From an uncultured Clostridia bacterium (GTDB lineage: Bacteria; Bacillota; Clostridia; TANB77; CAG-508): a stretch of 64,000 bases of DNA. A model generated the notes under the pieces. The model ran no database searches. It saw only the letters and a program-made list of their open reading frames with translations, and was not told the DNA's origin. Positions 20,247 to 29,893 of the stretch are shown in pieces (within the stretch, counting starts at the first letter, position 1; every line of letters begins with the position of its first letter). The position numbers and the translations under genes are program-made. The stretch covers positions 7,033-71,032 of the forward strand of contig CAKPKE010000004.1 in assembly GCA_934167095.1 (NCBI GenBank). The letters run 5' to 3'.

Positions 20247-22262
20247 ATGAAAGAAACAAAGGGTATAACTTTAGTGGCACTTGTTGTAACAATAGTAGTG
20301 CTACTAATTTTAGCAGGAGTTTCAATTAATTTAGTATTAGGTGAAAATGGGCTAATAACTATGGCTAAAAAAGCTAAAGATGAATATGAACTAGCAAAAA
20401 AGAACGAACAGTATCAATTAAGTAGTGTATTTGAAGAAGCTTATGCAACTCATAATGGAAAATTATCTGTACAAGGAAATGATTTAGTTAATGAAAGAGG
20501 AGAAAAGATACAATTAAAAGGATTCGGAACAACATATTGGTATTTAACTAATGAGGATTTTTCAGTGTTTGGAGGAGTTAGTGGAAAAACATATAAAGAC
20601 TACTATAATCAGGAATCTATGGCATCGATAAAAAAGTGGGGAGCAAATTGTGTTAGAATAGTAATAACTAGACAGCTTTATTTACAAGATGAAAATAATA
20701 TTAATAAAGTATATGATATTATTGATGACTGTATATCACAAGATTTATATGTAATTGTTAATTGGCATTGTTTTAATGATCCAAATACTAATATAGATGA
20801 TAATATAGAATTCTATACCAAAATAGCTAATAAATATAAAGAATCCAACAATGTAATGTATGAAATATACAATGAACCTTGTGGCGATAATGTGACATGG
20901 AATATTATTAAAACATATGCAAATCAAATAATTCCTAAAATAAGAGAAATTGATAATAATGCTATAATAATAGTTCCAACGCCTAACTATGACAAAAATA
21001 TTTTAGATGTTATTAATAATACTCTAAATTATGAAAATATAATGTATTCATATCATATATATGTTGGCTCAAATGATATGCAAGAAGAAATGGAAAAAAT
21101 AAAACAATGCTTAATTAATGAAGTTCCAATTTTTATTACAGAATGGGGAACAACACAAAATGATGGGCTAACAGGATTTTATGAGAATGAATCAAATTTG
21201 TTAGTGAAATTCTGTGAAAATAATAATATAAGTTGGTGTTATTGGTGTATGAGTGACTGCCATTTCAATAAACCAGAGGGTGGAGCACTAGTAAAAGAAA
21301 GACAATGGCAAAATGATTTGAATGATGATATTTTAACAACGAGTGGAAAATATATGAAACAGATATTAAATAAAACAAGAAATTCATATAACGAACTAGC
21401 TGCATCAAATATGATGATGTATGGAAAAAATAATGGTTATGCTTTTTGGGAGGATAAATATAGAGAAAATATAACAAGAATATTATTTGAAAACAGTATT
21501 AATATACCAAAAGATGCTATAAAAATATGGGATGTTTCTTATATATACAATAGTAAAAGAGTTTGGGCATATATAGTAAATGATTCAGATGATGGATATG
21601 AATTGCATATACAAGCAGATGGAAAGATAGAATCTCCATATAATGCATGGGCATTATTCTCAAAGTTTAGTAAATTGAAAAATATTGATTTTTCAAACTT
21701 TGATACTTCAAAAACAACCAGTTTTATATACATGTTTAATGGAGATAGTTCATTAGAAGAATTGAATTTAAGTGACTTTAACACAGAAAAAGTAATTAAT
21801 ATGGATTCGATGTTCTCTGGTTGTACTAAATTATCAAAAATAGATTTAACTAGTTTTAATACATCAAATGTAAAGAAAATGAGCGGAATGTTTTCACTTT
21901 GTAAAAGCTTAAGAGATTTAGACTTAAGTAATTTTGATACATCAAATGTAACAAATATGAGTTCTATGTTTCAATTTTCTTATGTAACTGGCGACTTAAA
22001 ATTAAATAGCTTTGATTCAACTAAAATAAAAACAATTCAATATATGTTTGGAAATGCAACAATTACCGGTATGTTAGATATTAGTAGCTGGAATTTAGAA
22101 AATATAGAGAATTATGAGAAATGTTTTGAATATTTTAACGTTTTTGCCAAGAAAGTATATGTAAAGGATGAGGAAAATGCAAAATTACTTTCTGATATGG
22201 GATTAACAAATACAATTCAAATATATTATAAGGTTGATGGAGAAGATAAATTATATAAATAA
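20247..22262 (+). CDS. Pilin-like N-terminal module + GH5 glycoside hydrolase + BspA/DUF285-type leucine-rich repeats
   Basis: The N-terminal 35 aa are almost identical to the previous gene. GH5 signatures: LKGFGT, VIVNWH, YEIYNEP (acid/base Glu), FITEWGT (nucleophile Glu). C-terminal repeats FSNFDTSKTTSFIYMF / LSDFNTEKVINMDSMF / LTSFNTSNVKKMSGMF / LSNFDTSNVTNMSSMF. Confidence 0.8.
   Translation: MKETKGITLVALVVTIVVLLILAGVSINLVLGENGLITMAKKAKDEYELAKKNEQYQLSSVFEEAYATHNGKLSVQGNDLVNERGEKIQLKGFGTTYWYLTNEDFSVFGGVSGKTYKDYYNQESMASIKKWGANCVRIVITRQLYLQDENNINKVYDIIDDCISQDLYVIVNWHCFNDPNTNIDDNIEFYTKIANKYKESNNVMYEIYNEPCGDNVTWNIIKTYANQIIPKIREIDNNAIIIVPTPNYDKNILDVINNTLNYENIMYSYHIYVGSNDMQEEMEKIKQCLINEVPIFITEWGTTQNDGLTGFYENESNLLVKFCENNNISWCYWCMSDCHFNKPEGGALVKERQWQNDLNDDILTTSGKYMKQILNKTRNSYNELAASNMMMYGKNNGYAFWEDKYRENITRILFENSINIPKDAIKIWDVSYIYNSKRVWAYIVNDSDDGYELHIQADGKIESPYNAWALFSKFSKLKNIDFSNFDTSKTTSFIYMFNGDSSLEELNLSDFNTEKVINMDSMFSGCTKLSKIDLTSFNTSNVKKMSGMFSLCKSLRDLDLSNFDTSNVTNMSSMFQFSYVTGDLKLNSFDSTKIKTIQYMFGNATITGMLDISSWNLENIENYEKCFEYFNVFAKKVYVKDEENAKLLSDMGLTNTIQIYYKVDGEDKLYK
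20261..20359. repeat. 99-bp repeat copy B (encodes shared pilin-like N-terminal module)
   Basis: Near-identical to 18703-18801. Confidence 0.9.
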
Positions 22263-22269
22263 AAATATA

Positions 22270-22304
22270 AACAGAAATTCTAGCAATTAGTTTTTCTGTT
22301 TTTT
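22270..22304 (+). terminator. Rho-independent terminator after GH5 gene
   Basis: AACAGAAA / TTTCTGTT stem, 15-nt loop, TTTT tail. Confidence 0.55.
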
Positions 22305-22377
22305 CATTTACATATTGTAATTCCAACCACTTTTGTGGTATAGTATAACTGAAAAATTATATTCGAGAGGATACATT

Positions 22378-23898
22378 ATGGGAAGAGGAAGAAGATACAG
22401 TGATAACGAACCAAAGCTAAATGTAAAAAAAGTAGTCGCCGTAATTATAGCCATATTAGTTGTAATTATGTTTATAATATTAATGAAAAAATTTGCTACA
22501 CCACAGGATAAAACATCAACAGAAAAGAAAGCAACAAATGCTTATTATGTAGCATACGACAATTCAAAATGGGGAGTAATTAATTCTAAAGGTGAAACTG
22601 TAATAAGTCCTATGTATGATGAAATGATTACTATTCCAAACAGCGAAAAAGCAGTATTTGTAGTAACTTCAGATGTGAACTATGAAACAGGAACATATTC
22701 ATCAAAAGCAGTAAATGACAAAAATGAACAGCTATTTACAAATTATGACAAGGTTGAAACAATACAAAACTATGATAAACAAAATAATCTATGGTATGAA
22801 AAATCTTGCCTAAAAGTACAAAAAGATGGCAAATATGGATTAATTGATTTATCAGGGAAAGTATTATTAAGCTGTGAATATGATTGGGTAGAACCAATAA
22901 TTCATGAAAGCAATAGCCTAATAACTATAAAAGATGGCAAAAAAGGATTAGTAAGTACAACAGGTTCTGTAATAATTGAAAATCTATATTCTGATATAAA
23001 GGCTTTAACAGAAAAATATGAAGATGGATATATTGTAAAAAATGACCAAGGAAAAGTTGGTGTAATAGGTACAAACAAAAAAGTTATATTACCATTAGAA
23101 TATGACGAAATAAAAAATGTAACATCAGATAGCACATATATAGTAAAGAAAAACGGAAAATGGAAAATATTAAATGCACAAACAAATGAAGAAAATGATT
23201 TTAATTATGATGATGCAACTCAAATAATTAATGGATACATTACAGTAAAATCAAATGGAAAATATGGAATCATAACAACAAAAGGTGAAGAAACAGTTGC
23301 TCCAAACTATGAAGATTTAAGTTATATATTTACAAATTCATATATAGCAAAAAAAGATGGTAAATATGGAGTAATTGATGTAACAGGAACAACAAAACTA
23401 AACTTTACTTATAATTATTTAAGTTATATCAAAGAAGCAGATATCTTAGAAGGTGAAAACGATACAGTAAATACAGATTTACTAGACAGAAATTTTGAAG
23501 TAAAACTATCTGGAATAGTTTCTCAAATAAATACAGATGTAGGATATTTAAGACTTAGAATTTCATCAGAATATAAATACTTTAACTTCAAATTTGAAGA
23601 AAAGAAAAGTCAAGATTTACTAACAACAAATACATTGTTCTTATCTAAACAAAATGGAAAATATGGCTTTGTAAACAAAAATGGAATAGTTGTAATTGAT
23701 TACTTATATGATGATGCAACAGAGCAAAACGAAGCTGGTTTTGTAGCAGTAAAAAAGGACGGAAAATGGGGTTCAATCAATTCAAAAGGTGAAACAGTTG
23801 TAAGCCCAAGCTATGAACTAAAAAATAATCCAGTAATAGATTTTATTGGAAAATGGCACTTAGCAGAAGATGTAAACGCAAATTATTATATAAAATAA
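22378..23898 (+). CDS. WG-repeat (KWG) protein with N-terminal membrane anchor
   Basis: ATG 22378 behind GAGAGG. TM helix VVAVIIAILVVIMFIILM. More than 8 repeats of the (K)(W/Y)G(V/L/F)I(N/D)xxG pattern (KWGVINSKGETVISPMYDE, KYGLIDLSGKVLL, KYGIITTKGEETVAP, KYGFVNKNGIVVI, KWGSINSKGETVVSP). Confidence 0.8.
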   Translation: MGRGRRYSDNEPKLNVKKVVAVIIAILVVIMFIILMKKFATPQDKTSTEKKATNAYYVAYDNSKWGVINSKGETVISPMYDEMITIPNSEKAVFVVTSDVNYETGTYSSKAVNDKNEQLFTNYDKVETIQNYDKQNNLWYEKSCLKVQKDGKYGLIDLSGKVLLSCEYDWVEPIIHESNSLITIKDGKKGLVSTTGSVIIENLYSDIKALTEKYEDGYIVKNDQGKVGVIGTNKKVILPLEYDEIKNVTSDSTYIVKKNGKWKILNAQTNEENDFNYDDATQIINGYITVKSNGKYGIITTKGEETVAPNYEDLSYIFTNSYIAKKDGKYGVIDVTGTTKLNFTYNYLSYIKEADILEGENDTVNTDLLDRNFEVKLSGIVSQINTDVGYLRLRISSEYKYFNFKFEEKKSQDLLTTNTLFLSKQNGKYGFVNKNGIVVIDYLYDDATEQNEAGFVAVKKDGKWGSINSKGETVVSPSYELKNNPVIDFIGKWHLAEDVNANYYIK

Positions 23899-23929
23899 TT
23901 TTGAAAAGAACGAAGGGAAAATATAATAA

Positions 23930-25171
23930 ATGAACTTAAAGACGAAGTATCAATATTCATATTTTATATATCCATTTGTAGTAGATGAAAAAAAGTATGA
24001 TAAATATTTGCTAAAGCTACTAAAAAATAAAAGATGTAAAATGAGAATATTTGAAAGAGAAAAAGATGCAGATTTGTATTCATATTTCTTGCCACAAATA
24101 AGAAATACTTTGTTTTGGTCAATTGATATGAACAAATCAAAAATTGAAAAGCTAAATAAGCTAGATTTGACAACTCAGTCAAGACTTATAGCTCAGTATC
24201 CATGCACAATTTTTGAATATGTTATAGATAAAGATATTCAGGGAAGAAGCATTCAAAAAGATACAATATATTTCAGTATTAATAAAATTGAAGTGATTTG
24301 CTTTAATACAGGAATATGTTTCTTAGCAATAAAAACAATACTTGATGAAGGTTCAAGCTTTGAAGATTTACTAAATTTTAATTATAGATTTAGAGATGTA
24401 AATTCAAATGTTTTTGATTTAAAAAAGTACGAAAATATAAAAATACAAGAAAGCAAATTAGCTGATATCAAAAGCATTCAAGAAGTAATAAAAGAAATAA
24501 CAGGTTCAAACAAATCTGCAAAAGATATCAATTTAGATGCAGAAAGATTTATTACATATTCTTATGCTTGCGTTGGACAAGAAAATTGGCAGGATGAAAA
24601 GCAATTTAAATTACTTGAAAAAGAATTCTATAAATTTGCAGGTGTTTATCATGAGAAGCATAAGGCTGATTTTGAAAACTTAGTTACAGGTAATATGAGA
24701 ATATATGAAAAAACAAAAAGCGAAATGTATGGCTTTACAAGAGTTGGAACCGTACTTTTAACATCAGATATAAGTACAGAAAACTATACAAGTCTGCCAC
24801 ATAAATTTGAAAGAGAATATTTTTATACATATATTTTTGAATTATATAAAAAGCTGAATCTAAATAAAATTAGTAAAGAATTTAATAAGTTAGATAGTTT
24901 TAGTAAGGCTCAAGATGAATATGTAGATTTTACTAAAAATCTTTGGATAGAAGAAACTACTAACAATAATACAGGAATAATTCTTACAAGAATATGGCGA
25001 GAAATGGCAAAATCTGACGAGATTTATACAAAAATTAAGAATAAATATGATGTTGCATATAAAAATTCAAGCCTAGTAAAATCAGAAAAACAAATAAACT
25101 GGATTTTGGCATTATTAGTAATTCTTTTAATAGTAAATGTTTTAAGTATTCTAATAAAAACCAAAATGTAA
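23930..25171 (+). CDS. Hypothetical protein with C-terminal TM helix
   Basis: 413 aa, GAAGGGA RBS, single C-terminal helix INWILALLVILLIVNVLSILI. No family recognised. Confidence 0.5.
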   Translation: MNLKTKYQYSYFIYPFVVDEKKYDKYLLKLLKNKRCKMRIFEREKDADLYSYFLPQIRNTLFWSIDMNKSKIEKLNKLDLTTQSRLIAQYPCTIFEYVIDKDIQGRSIQKDTIYFSINKIEVICFNTGICFLAIKTILDEGSSFEDLLNFNYRFRDVNSNVFDLKKYENIKIQESKLADIKSIQEVIKEITGSNKSAKDINLDAERFITYSYACVGQENWQDEKQFKLLEKEFYKFAGVYHEKHKADFENLVTGNMRIYEKTKSEMYGFTRVGTVLLTSDISTENYTSLPHKFEREYFYTYIFELYKKLNLNKISKEFNKLDSFSKAQDEYVDFTKNLWIEETTNNNTGIILTRIWREMAKSDEIYTKIKNKYDVAYKNSSLVKSEKQINWILALLVILLIVNVLSILIKTKM

Positions 25172-25179
25172 AAGAAAGC

Positions 25180-25572
25180 ATGAATATGAATATAAAAACT
25201 GGAATAGATATAATAGAAGTAGAGAGAATCCGAAACTCAATAGAAAAACTTGGTGAAAAATTCCTAAAAGAAGTGTACACAGATGCAGAAATAGAATATT
25301 GCCAAAATACAAAAATGATGATGTATCAACATTATGCAGCAAGATTTGCGGTAAAAGAAGCAACTTTTAAGGCAATTTGGAATATTTTAGATGCTAAAAA
25401 TAGTATAACTTGGAAAAATGTGGAGACAATAAATGATACAAATGGCAAACCACATATAAAATTTGTAAATGTTGATGAAAAAATATTACAAAAAATAGAA
25501 AGTATAGATGTAAGCATTTCGCATATAGAAAAATTAGCAGTAGCAAATGTTACAATTTTAGTAAAAGACTAA
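25180..25572 (+). CDS. acpS: Holo-[acyl-carrier-protein] synthase
   Basis: GIDIIEVERI..., ..EIEYC.., ..YAARFAVKEATFKA.., ..SISHIEKLAVANV. Confidence 0.9.
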   Translation: MNMNIKTGIDIIEVERIRNSIEKLGEKFLKEVYTDAEIEYCQNTKMMMYQHYAARFAVKEATFKAIWNILDAKNSITWKNVETINDTNGKPHIKFVNVDEKILQKIESIDVSISHIEKLAVANVTILVKD

Positions 25573-25619
25573 AAAGCAGACTAAGCACTAAATGAAGCAA
25601 GAAAGGAAAAAGACCTATA

Positions 25620-26411
25620 ATGGAATTTTTTGATTCGCATGCACACTACAATGATGAACAATTTGATAGCGATAGACAGCAAATAATAAACAAAACTTAT
25701 GAAGATGGTATAACAAAATTTATGTGTGCTGGATATAGCTTGGAATCATCAAAAAAAGCATTAGAAATTGCAAATAGTTATGATTTTATTTATACAATAT
25801 CAGGAGTTTCGCCAAATGATGTAAAAGCAACAATTGATGAAACTAAGCAAGATATAGAAAAAATAAAAGAATTAATTGTAAATGATAGAAAAGATAAAAA
25901 GTCTAAAATAGTTGCAATAGGCGAAATCGGACTTGACTACTATTGGAATAAAGAAAACAAAGAAATACAAAAATTTGCATTTATAGAACAAATAAAACTT
26001 GCAAATGAATTAAATCTTCCTATTGTTATACATACAAGGGAGGCAATCTTGGACACGATAAATATTTTAAAAGAATATAATGTAAATATGAAAGGTGTAT
26101 TTCATTGTTGTCAGCAAAATGTACAATTAGTACAAGAAGCATTAAAATTAGGATTTTATATTTCTTGTGCAGGACCATATACTTTTAAAAATGCAAAAAA
26201 TTCTGAAGAAATTATAAAATTAATACCAGACGATAAATTACTAATCGAAACAGATAGCCCATATCTAGCTCCAGAGCCAAAAAGAGGAACTAGAAACGAC
26301 TCAAGAAACGTAAAATTTATAGCTCAAAAAATAGCCGATGTAAAAGGCGAAACACTAGAGAAAATAGCACAAAAGACGTATGAAAACGCATGCAAAATTT
26401 TTCAAATTTGA
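25620..26411 (+). CDS. tatD: TatD-family metal-dependent hydrolase/DNase
   Basis: FDSHAHYND.., AIGEIGLDYYW.., PIVIHTREA.., GVFHCC.., LLIETDSPYLAP. Confidence 0.9.
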   Translation: MEFFDSHAHYNDEQFDSDRQQIINKTYEDGITKFMCAGYSLESSKKALEIANSYDFIYTISGVSPNDVKATIDETKQDIEKIKELIVNDRKDKKSKIVAIGEIGLDYYWNKENKEIQKFAFIEQIKLANELNLPIVIHTREAILDTINILKEYNVNMKGVFHCCQQNVQLVQEALKLGFYISCAGPYTFKNAKNSEEIIKLIPDDKLLIETDSPYLAPEPKRGTRNDSRNVKFIAQKIADVKGETLEKIAQKTYENACKIFQI

Positions 26412-26469
26412 CAATAAAGCCAAAAAATGTTATAATGAACATGTTGTTTCAAAGGAGGAACGAAATTTT

Positions 26470-27471
26470 ATGAAGAAAAACAAAAAAGCACAATTACCAA
26501 TCAGAAAAATAATTGGTATCTGCTTAATGGTATTATTCATAATGGGAGTTGGCGTTGCAGCAGGTAATGCACAAATAAGCAATGTTAAAATTATACTTTC
26601 AAATGGATATATAATGGAAGTTACAACAACCAAGGAAAAAGTCGGAGAAATACTAGATGAAAATCATATTATATTATTACCAGAAGAAAGCGCATATCCA
26701 AGTGTAGATAGTGTACTTACTGATAATAATACAATAAGAATTTCAAAAGAAGAAATAAAAGCTAAAGAAGTTGCAACAGAAACTGTTAAATCAGAAGATG
26801 TAACTGTTGATTCACTTTTAGCATCTTATGATTCAATAACAGAAAAAATAGAAGTAGTACAAGAAGTTATACCATTCGAAACAATAACAAAAGATGTTTC
26901 AAATAGTAGCTCAACTACTAGAGAAACTGTTACTCAACAAGGAAAAGATGGACTAAAAGAAGTTACTTATAAAGTAAAATATCAAAATGATGTAGAAATT
27001 GAAAGAACTGAAATTGCTTCAAATATAATTGAAGAACCAGTAGATAAAATTATTGAAGTAAGAAAAGTAACAAACAGAAGTGAAAACTCAAGAAGTACTT
27101 CTGTAACATACAGCAATGGCGTATGGTCATATTCAGATGAAGAATTTGACTTATTATGTGCAATAACAGCACAAGAATGTAGCAGAAGCTATGAAGGTGC
27201 ATTAGCTGTTATAACAACAGCATGTAACAGAGCTGAAAGCACTAAATGGGCAAAAAATGGTTCAGACCCATTAAGCCAATATAAAGCTCCAAATCAATTC
27301 TGCTATACAATAGATAGTTACTGGAAAAAATATTTAAATGGTAACTATTCAGATACTGTAGCACAAGCTGTTAGAGATGCGTTAAATGGTAAAAGAAATC
27401 ATAGCTATTTATCGTTTAGAACAGCTGGTTATGCATCAGGTGAATATATAGGTGGAAACGTATATTTCTAA
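26470..27471 (+). CDS. Cell-wall hydrolase: DUF348 + G5 + SleB/CwlJ-type (Hydrolase_2) domain
   Basis: ATG 26470 behind AAGGAGG (the track start 26380 overlaps tatD). TM anchor, then a DUF348-like segment VKIILSNGYIMEVTTTKEKVGEIL. G5 segment is ETVTQQGKDGLKEVTYKVKYQNDVEIERTEI. C-terminal LLCAITAQECSRSYEGALAVITTACNRAES..APNQF. Confidence 0.75.
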   Translation: MKKNKKAQLPIRKIIGICLMVLFIMGVGVAAGNAQISNVKIILSNGYIMEVTTTKEKVGEILDENHIILLPEESAYPSVDSVLTDNNTIRISKEEIKAKEVATETVKSEDVTVDSLLASYDSITEKIEVVQEVIPFETITKDVSNSSSTTRETVTQQGKDGLKEVTYKVKYQNDVEIERTEIASNIIEEPVDKIIEVRKVTNRSENSRSTSVTYSNGVWSYSDEEFDLLCAITAQECSRSYEGALAVITTACNRAESTKWAKNGSDPLSQYKAPNQFCYTIDSYWKKYLNGNYSDTVAQAVRDALNGKRNHSYLSFRTAGYASGEYIGGNVYF

Positions 27472-27483
27472 AATAAATAATCA

Positions 27484-27526
27484 AACTCTAAAATGTTCGT
27501 AAATGTACATTTTAGGGTTCTTTTTT
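27484..27526 (+). terminator. Rho-independent terminator
   Basis: 13-bp stem AACTCTAAAATGT / ACATTTTAGGGTT followed by CTTTTTT. Confidence 0.75.
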
Positions 27527-27590
27527 ATTGAAAAAAAGCAAAGTTTATGTTATCATAAACATATTAATGAAACAAAAAGGAAGAAAATAT

Positions 27591-28346
27591 ATGAAGTTGA
27601 TTTCGTGGAATGTAAATGGCTTAAGAGCAGCTATTAACAAAGGTTTTAATGACTTTTTTGATAGCATAAATGCTGATGTATTTTGTATTCAAGAAACAAA
27701 GTTGCAACCTGAACAAATAAAATTTGAAAAAGAAGGTTACAAACAATATTGGAATAGCGCTGTAAAAAAAGGATACTCTGGAACAGCAGTATTTACAAAA
27801 ATAGAGCCTATAAATGTAAGTTATGGCATTGGAATAGAAGAACATGATCAAGAAGGAAGAGTAATTACACTAGAATTTGAAAAATTTTATTTAGTAAATT
27901 GCTATACACCAAACTCTAAACGAGAACTTGAAAGACTTGATTATAGACAAGTTTGGGAGGATAACTTTAGAGAATATTTAGTAAAATTAAATAATGCAAA
28001 ACCTGTTATTTTATGTGGTGATTTAAATGTAGCTCATAAAGAAATTGACCTAAAAAATCCAAGCTCTAATCATCATAATGCAGGATTTACAGATGAAGAA
28101 CGAGAAAAAATGACACAGTTATTAGATGCGGGGTTTGTAGACTCATTTAGATATAAATATCCAGATAAAACTGGCGAATATTCTTGGTGGTCATATATGT
28201 TTCACGCAAGAGAAAATAATGCTGGCTGGAGAATTGATTATTTCATAGTTTCGAATAAAATAAAAGAAAAAATTATTGATGCAAAAATTCATCAAGAGGT
28301 GTTAGGAAGTGACCATTGCCCTGTTGAATTAGAAATTAATATATAA
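27591..28346 (+). CDS. xth: Exodeoxyribonuclease III (AP endonuclease, Xth/ExoA family)
   Basis: ATG 27591 (MKLISWNVNGLRA). CIQETK, GYSGTAVF, VNCYTPNS, ILCGDLNVAH, WWSY..NAGWRIDYF, LGSDHCPV. Confidence 0.92.
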   Translation: MKLISWNVNGLRAAINKGFNDFFDSINADVFCIQETKLQPEQIKFEKEGYKQYWNSAVKKGYSGTAVFTKIEPINVSYGIGIEEHDQEGRVITLEFEKFYLVNCYTPNSKRELERLDYRQVWEDNFREYLVKLNNAKPVILCGDLNVAHKEIDLKNPSSNHHNAGFTDEEREKMTQLLDAGFVDSFRYKYPDKTGEYSWWSYMFHARENNAGWRIDYFIVSNKIKEKIIDAKIHQEVLGSDHCPVELEINI

Positions 28347-28395
28347 AACGAGCCTTGCAAAAAAGTTAGTACAGGCAAGAAAGGATAAATTAATT

Positions 28396-29556
28396 ATGAA
28401 AAAAGAAAACGCAGTAAAAAAGTGGCTTTTCTGGTTTGGACTTGGTGTGGCAATAATTCTTGTATATAACATTTTAGGAAATTTTACAAAAGTCACAGAT
28501 TGGATAGGAAATCTTTTAAGAACACTTATGCCATTTATCATTGGTATATTAATAGCATATTTATTATATCTACCTTGTAGAAAAGTAGAAAGCATACTAA
28601 AAAAGACTAAAAAGAAAAAATTTTTAAATAAGCACGCAAGAGGCTTATCAATAACAACTGTTTATATAATTACAGCAATTATTATAGTAATAATTATAAA
28701 TGTAATTATGCCATCAGTAGTTGAAAGCTTTACAGAACTTGTAACAAATATACCCAATTATTATAACACAGTAGTTGAAAAAATAAATGAATTACCAGAT
28801 GACAATATTTTAAAAACAGAGCAAGCTAAAAATGTTATAGACAGCATTAAAAATATTGATTGGAATGAATTATTTAATTTTGAAAGAATTCAAACATATA
28901 TTGCAAGTGCAATGTCAGCTGTAAGAACAATTATGGATGTATGTATATCTTTTATAGTATCAATATATATTCTAGCACAAAGAAAACAAATAGTAGCATT
29001 TTTAGCAAGATTAACGCATGCAATATTTAATGAAAAAGCATATTACAAAATAAGAAAATGTTTCAACAACGGTAATGAGATATTCTTTAAATTCCTAACA
29101 AGTCAAATAATTGATGCAATTATAGTTGGAGTGCTAGTTTCTATAGGGCTTTCAATTATAAATGTAAAATATGCAATTCTTTTAGGATTTATAATAGGAT
29201 TATTTAACTTAATTCCGTACTTTGGAGCGATTATAGGAGTTGTATTGTCAATACTTATAACAATACTTACAGGAGGAATAGGAAAAGCTGCAGTAATGAC
29301 TGTTGTAGTAATAGTTCTTCAACAAATTGATGCAAATATTATAAACCCTAAAATAGTAGGCGATTCTTTAAACATCAGCCCATTGCTTGTAATTTTTGCA
29401 GTAACAATAGGTGGAGCATACTTTGGTGTACTTGGAATGTTTTTAGCAGTTCCTGTGTTTACTGTTATAAAAATGCTAATAGAGGACTTTGTTGATGAAA
29501 GAGAAACTAAAAAATGTCAAAGTGGTATTGACAAAGACGGCTTAGGTAGGTTATAA
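28396..29556 (+). CDS. AI-2E family transporter (PerM/UPF0118)
   Basis: 8-TM protein with ..FNLIPYFGAIIGVV.. and ..PLLVIFAVTIGGAYFGVLGMFLAVPV.. signatures. Confidence 0.8.
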   Translation: MKKENAVKKWLFWFGLGVAIILVYNILGNFTKVTDWIGNLLRTLMPFIIGILIAYLLYLPCRKVESILKKTKKKKFLNKHARGLSITTVYIITAIIIVIIINVIMPSVVESFTELVTNIPNYYNTVVEKINELPDDNILKTEQAKNVIDSIKNIDWNELFNFERIQTYIASAMSAVRTIMDVCISFIVSIYILAQRKQIVAFLARLTHAIFNEKAYYKIRKCFNNGNEIFFKFLTSQIIDAIIVGVLVSIGLSIINVKYAILLGFIIGLFNLIPYFGAIIGVVLSILITILTGGIGKAAVMTVVVIVLQQIDANIINPKIVGDSLNISPLLVIFAVTIGGAYFGVLGMFLAVPVFTVIKMLIEDFVDERETKKCQSGIDKDGLGRL

Positions 29557-29639
29557 TAAAAAAGTGTAAAAATTACATATAAAGGATAGTAATTCCAGAC
29601 GAATGCAATAGTGGATGCAGCGGAAGGAGGGGAATATAG

Positions 29640-29810
29640 ATGTCAGAAGTTAAAGTAAATAATGGAAATATAGAAGATGCCTTAAAAAGATTTAAAAGAC
29701 AATGCGCTAGAAATGGAGTATTACAAGAGGTACGTAAAAGAGAACATTATGAAAAACCTAGTGTAAAAAGAAAGAAAAAATCAGAGGCAGCTAGAAAAAG
29801 AAAATTTTAA
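29640..29810 (+). CDS. rpsU: 30S ribosomal protein S21 (not in ORF track, 56 aa)
   Basis: [70 protein letters not shown]. Confidence 0.92.
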   Translation: MSEVKVNNGNIEDALKRFKRQCARNGVLQEVRKREHYEKPSVKRKKKSEAARKRKF

Positions 29811-29822
29811 TTAAAAATAGAA

Positions 29823-29878
29823 AAGAGGCGTTTTCAAAATATAATTTTATATTTTAGAAAAACGCCTTTTAGTTTTTT
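29823..29878 (+). terminator. Rho-independent terminator after rpsU
   Basis: GGCGTTTT / AAAACGCC core stem extended by A/T pairs, then TTTTAGTTTTTT. Confidence 0.75.
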
Positions 29879-29893
29879 AAGGAGGAATAAAAA

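Noticed and set aside
19962-20325. Overlapping 80-aa (+) and 100-aa (-) ORFs at the 3' end of the first pilin-like gene
   Set aside because: They lie inside or antisense to a longer ORF with conserved motifs. They have no RBS and compositionally odd translations.
26380-26469. Upstream start of the G5/SleB-like gene, overlapping tatD
   Set aside because: ATG 26470 is preceded by AAGGAGG and gives a normal basic-hydrophobic anchor (MKKNKKAQLPIRKIIGICLMVLF). The longer form overlaps the tatD 3' end without support. Similar trimming was applied at 261->333 (pcrA), 4403->4466, 15277->15310, 22333->22378, 27528->27591, 46074->46080 and 62987->63002.
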